This document shows, one piece after another, positions 34,103 to 37,537 of a stretch of DNA of 37,537 nt. The notes below the pieces were generated by a model. The model was not told where the DNA came from. It saw nothing but the letters and a program-made list of their open reading frames with translations, and made no database searches. The DNA comes from a virus: the IMG/VR virus record IMGVR_UViG_3300047160_025247; one strand, given 5' to 3'. Every line of letters begins with the position of its first letter. The stretch's first letter is position 1. Made by a program: the position numbers and the translations under genes.

Positions 34103-34646
34103 GCCTCGACCTCCAATATTTAAAGATGTTTCGACTCCCGGCTGGTGGCTTTTTCGTGATGAGAAAGGTCGCTACGAGGACGCCTGGACGCTGGTCTTCG
34201 CTGCCGGCACATGGTGGCGGACGTGCTCTTTTGTTGGGAACGTCGAGGCGATGGTGGTCGAGTCCGATAAGGCAGAGCTTGATCAGTGGTATGGACCGAG
34301 CGGTCGGGAAGCGTGGATGAGTTTGGCGTGGGCATGCGCTACCAAGTCGCAGCAAGATCTGTGGACAGCTGAGAACCCGACTGATCCGCTCGCTCCTCTG
34401 GTATCAATTGCCGTCAACAAGGAAAATGCGGTCGTAGAGGCCCTTTACCAGGCTATAGAAAACGCTGGAACCGGCGATCTGCTCACGATGCGTCTCTTCC
34501 GCGGGCAGAACTATCCGATCAAGCTACTCCGTAAGTCGAACCCCGAGTGGGGGTCTATCGCAACCAGGCGAGCTGCATATCGGAAGTTTTTAGACCAATG
34601 CGACCAAGCAAAGGCCGAACGTAAAAGAGGAAAGTCTGATGGCTAA
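34092..34646 (+). CDS. Trp-rich hypothetical protein, paralog A
   Basis: Near-colinear similarity to 35210-35743. Confidence 0.7.
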   Translation: MAVKPRPPIFKDVSTPGWWLFRDEKGRYEDAWTLVFAAGTWWRTCSFVGNVEAMVVESDKAELDQWYGPSGREAWMSLAWACATKSQQDLWTAENPTDPLAPLVSIAVNKENAVVEALYQAIENAGTGDLLTMRLFRGQNYPIKLLRKSNPEWGSIATRRAAYRKFLDQCDQAKAERKRGKSDG

Positions 34647-34872
34647 CACGACCCACTGGAACCATCCCGTCATGCGCGAGCGGCGGGTGTATGCGCTCGC
34701 CGCGGCGCTTTATTCCCGAGCTGATGTGCTTGTCGGTCGCGACAAGGACCGCCAAGCGGTCATCACCACTGACTGCTTCCAGGCGGCCGAGATCTTCATG
34801 CGGGAAGCAGACGAGCGGATGCAGAAGGCGATCAAGAAGGGCACGGACGAGCTGGAGAAGAAGCTCACCTGA
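34639..34872 (+). CDS. Hypothetical protein (77 aa)
   Basis: GAGG RBS; packed. Confidence 0.55.
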   Translation: MANTTHWNHPVMRERRVYALAAALYSRADVLVGRDKDRQAVITTDCFQAAEIFMREADERMQKAIKKGTDELEKKLT

Positions 34873-35210
34873 TGAAAGTTTGCGACCTCATTGAGCAGCT
34901 ACAGGCCTTGGATCCTGAGGCCACTATCGTGGTGAACTGCCGTGACGCGTCGCCGCGGATTGGACCTTCAGCTTCCGCTGAGGTCTATCGCCTACGTCAA
35001 GGGATCGACTGGAACAGCGGCAAAATATTCATCGACACGAAGCCTGAGCTGACGATGAACTTCGAGCGGCTATCGTTGAAGGCCCGCGCGTTCACCGACA
35101 TCATCGGGTGGGCCGCGGCGAAGCAGCCGCGCGATCAGGAAGCCTTCCCGAAGATCGTCCGCAACATCATCAACAGTTACTTGAAGAAGACGGGACAAAA
35201 GAGTCTCTAA
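34872..35210 (+). CDS. Hypothetical protein (MKVCDLIEQLQ type)
   Basis: TGATG coupling; same N-terminal pattern as 24494. Confidence 0.6.
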   Translation: MKVCDLIEQLQALDPEATIVVNCRDASPRIGPSASAEVYRLRQGIDWNSGKIFIDTKPELTMNFERLSLKARAFTDIIGWAAAKQPRDQEAFPKIVRNIINSYLKKTGQKSL

Positions 35211-35743
35211 TGCTTGCGAAGAAACGCGGCCCGAGGTTCAGAGACGTATCCACTCCTGGTTGGTGGTGGTTCGTTGATGAAAAAGGCAAAAATGACGACG
35301 CCTGGACGTTAGTGTTCGCCGCCGGCGTGTGGTGGCGGACGTGCGCGCTGATTCCGAACAGCGAGGCCTTGGTCGTAGAGACTGACAAGGAAGAACTCGA
35401 TCGCTGGTACGGTGAGAGCGCACGGCGGGTTCGCGCTTGGATCCTGTGGGGTATCGCCTCGCAGTCACAGCAGGCGTTGTGGACAGCGAAATGCTCGGAG
35501 GATCCGTTCGTCGAAGTCGACGCCGAAGCTGCTAGCGATGAAAAGCGCGTCGTAGACGCCCTTTACCAGGCTATAGAAAAAGCCGGCAGCGGTGATCGGT
35601 TGGACCTTCGCATGTTTCGAGCGCAGGCATATCCGATACGGTTGCTTCGTAAGTCGAACCGTGAATGGGGGCTCAATCGCTACAAGACGAGCCGAGCATC
35701 AGAAATTTCTAACCCGTTGCGCTCAGGCAAAGGCCGACCGTAA
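35210..35743 (+). CDS. Trp-rich hypothetical protein, paralog B (C-terminus frameshifted)
   Basis: Shares FRDVSTPGWW, DAWTLVFAAG.WWRTC, ALYQAIE, YPI.LLRKSN with paralog A; one extra base at 35667-35672. Confidence 0.65.
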   Translation: MLAKKRGPRFRDVSTPGWWWFVDEKGKNDDAWTLVFAAGVWWRTCALIPNSEALVVETDKEELDRWYGESARRVRAWILWGIASQSQQALWTAKCSEDPFVEVDAEAASDEKRVVDALYQAIEKAGSGDRLDLRMFRAQAYPIRLLRKSNREWGLNRYKTSRASEISNPLRSGKGRP

Positions 35744-35761
35744 GGCAGGGAAAGAACCACT

Positions 35762-36124
35762 CTAGTTCAGATCGATGAGAGCGTCGAACGCCTGATACCC
35801 ATGATCAATATATCGCCGCATGAACGTCGCCATCGCCTGCTCGCCGATCTCGGCGGCATCAGGTCGCAACAGCTGGCCGTCGCCGATCCACTGGCCGCCG
35901 AACTCCCACGGCCCTTTGTAACCGACGGGCACCAGCGTATTGCCGCGCTGCTCGTAGGTGCCGATCGTGGAGAAGTGCGGCCCGAGATAGCGCCAGCGGA
36001 TCTGGCCCGAGCCTGCTTCCAACTCGTAGCGGCCGTCGGGGAAGCGCAGCGTGCGCCAGACCGGGATGATGAAGCGCCACGCGAACCGCGTGATGGAGAT
36101 CGGATGTGGCAGCTCGATGATCAT
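35762..36124 (-). CDS. Hypothetical protein (120 aa), lone minus-strand gene in the right arm
   Basis: Good GC3 bias; TATACT 9 nt upstream of ATG. Confidence 0.6.
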   Translation of the reverse strand: MIIELPHPISITRFAWRFIIPVWRTLRFPDGRYELEAGSGQIRWRYLGPHFSTIGTYEQRGNTLVPVGYKGPWEFGGQWIGDGQLLRPDAAEIGEQAMATFMRRYIDHGYQAFDALIDLN

Positions 36125-36377
36125 GCGGTCCAGAGTATAAGGTATCAGTCGATTACCAGTGAGTCCTCAAAAATCGTACGGTTCGCTAACAGTCGGACGC
36201 ACAAAGTCATAACCTGTTGCTGTAACAAGCAGGCTACAGGCCTGACTTGTTACATAAGCCTAGATCTCGGCGGTTATCCGGACATTTGGGTGAATGCGCG
36301 GCGACCCACGACGTATACCACAGCCGTAGGAGACGTGTAGTGTACTGCCAGAAACCTTTGACGCCAGGAGCGACTCT

Positions 36378-36614
36378 GTGAGCGACCACGACCAGCTCTT
36401 CGACGGCATCCCGGAGAACCACCACCCCAAGTTCCGGGCCGCAGTGCTGCGCCTCATCTCGGTGCAGCGGAAGGTGTGCCTGGACCGCCTGAACGCCGAC
36501 CACGCCTGGGCTCGTGGCCGAAAGGGTGACTCGACGTCGATGCACGGCGACGCGCACTTTCAGCAGAAGGCGATCAACGACATCATAGCCGCGATCGAGA
36601 GGCTGAAGCTATGA
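36378..36614 (+). CDS. Hypothetical protein (78 aa)
   Basis: AGGAG RBS, GTG start. Confidence 0.6.
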   Translation: MSDHDQLFDGIPENHHPKFRAAVLRLISVQRKVCLDRLNADHAWARGRKGDSTSMHGDAHFQQKAINDIIAAIERLKL

Positions 36615-36838
36615 GCCGAACTCCGATGACCGGGCGCGAAGCGGTTCTACTCGGTGTTATGCTGATCTTCATGCTCGGCGCTCTTTTCGACGACGTGTGG
36701 CACCACACACACACAGCTGGCGTGCTGGGTGTCGATCCTAACTGTGTTCGCCATAACTTTTACCGTCGAGCAATATCACAAGTGGAAACGTCGTCGCGCC
36801 TGCCGACACCTTCGCCCAATCGAGAGGAAATAACGTGA
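36611..36838 (+). CDS. Small membrane protein
   Basis: N-terminal hydrophobic segment; ATGA overlap. Confidence 0.45.
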   Translation: MSRTPMTGREAVLLGVMLIFMLGALFDDVWHHTHTAGVLGVDPNCVRHNFYRRAISQVETSSRLPTPSPNREEIT

Positions 36839-37032
36839 CCCGCCCCGTCCACTATGCCACCGACACCCTCACTGCCTGCGGGCTCTCGCTGTCGTTTTCG
36901 ACGGTGCTGCGCGGGAAAAAGGTCTCGGTCGGGCCGTGCAACGGGAACCGCGTTCGCCACGGCGATCCGCGCTCGTCTCCGCTGGTGGTGCACGTCACCT
37001 GCAAGAACTGCCTTCGGGCAATGAGGAAGTAA
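36835..37032 (+). CDS. Small Cys/His protein
   Basis: VH...ACG...VTCKNC; GAGG RBS. Confidence 0.55.
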   Translation: MTRPVHYATDTLTACGLSLSFSTVLRGKKVSVGPCNGNRVRHGDPRSSPLVVHVTCKNCLRAMRK

Positions 37033-37034
37033 CC

Positions 37035-37391
37035 ATGGCACTTAACCCGAACTGCTACAAAGAGCTACGAGATCTTGCGCACAGGCAGATTAACAGCTCG
37101 GTTTACGGGGTGTATCCACATGTTAGTGATGCGGATAAACAGAGGGTGGCGTATGCGCTGCTTGCGGCCCTCGCCGAGTTGGAAGAAAAGAATAACCCTG
37201 AGAAAGGCGCTCACTTCCGCTGGACATTCCTTCGCCCCGGCCGCGGAGGAAAAGACGTCGTGTTCGGGACACACACAGACCAGGACCGTGAAGTGATCGC
37301 ACAGTGCCTTGCTATCTCTGACCGCATCGCGCCTGAGGTTCTCCGTGCGATCAATGGCGGCGTGAAGTTCAAGATCACTTTCGAGTTCTAG
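37035..37391 (+). CDS. Hypothetical protein (118 aa)
   Basis: GAGG RBS, ATG 37035. Confidence 0.55.
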   Translation: MALNPNCYKELRDLAHRQINSSVYGVYPHVSDADKQRVAYALLAALAELEEKNNPEKGAHFRWTFLRPGRGGKDVVFGTHTDQDREVIAQCLAISDRIAPEVLRAINGGVKFKITFEF

Positions 37392-37401
37392 AAAGATCCC
37401 C

Positions 37402-37537
37402 ATGAGCACCGACATTCAGAAGCCGACCGTCAACCCTTTCCAGCAGATCAAGGACGAGCGCTACGCACGGCTGCTCTCGAAGGCGAGCGACATCGTTCTC
37501 GCGCTAAACACCGAGACCGGCGAGTCGTGGAACATCA
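37402..37537 (+). CDS. Partial CDS (runs off window end)
   Basis: ATG 37402, MSTDIQKPTVNPFQQIKDERY... open to the end. Confidence 0.5.
   Translation, partial: MSTDIQKPTVNPFQQIKDERYARLLSKASDIVLALNTETGESWNI

Noticed and set aside
1-37537. tRNA, rRNA, integrase or virion structural genes
   Set aside because: None recognisable by eye; the intergenic hairpins do not form cloverleafs (tRNAscan-SE would confirm)

Overview
This is a GC-rich bacteriophage (or prophage) segment with two divergent arms. The left arm (1-18101, minus strand) carries replication and nucleotide genes: a primase-helicase, a family A DNA polymerase with an intein, a MazG-like pyrophosphatase, dCTP deaminase, a DUF932-like protein, a LemA-like/membrane protein pair split by an HNH-AP2 endonuclease, and peptide deformylase. 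A ~0.9 kb non-coding switch region (18102-19009) with an AT-rich core and inverted repeats follows. The right arm (19010-37537, plus strand) is a dense run of small, mostly unknown early-type genes. Two things stand out. (1) A nuclease-less Nop/IS110-like protein (1537-2595) sits between two 36-nt-period arrays of alternating 8-nt repeats and ~10-nt unique spacers (21 and 12 units), i.e. a TIGR-Tas (TasA-type) RNA-guided system with a variant repeat consensus. (2) A 410-aa intein in the polymerase carries its GIY-YIG homing endonuclease nested in a different (+1) reading frame, with both frames open for ~980 nt. All calls come from motif recognition by eye; no database searches were run.
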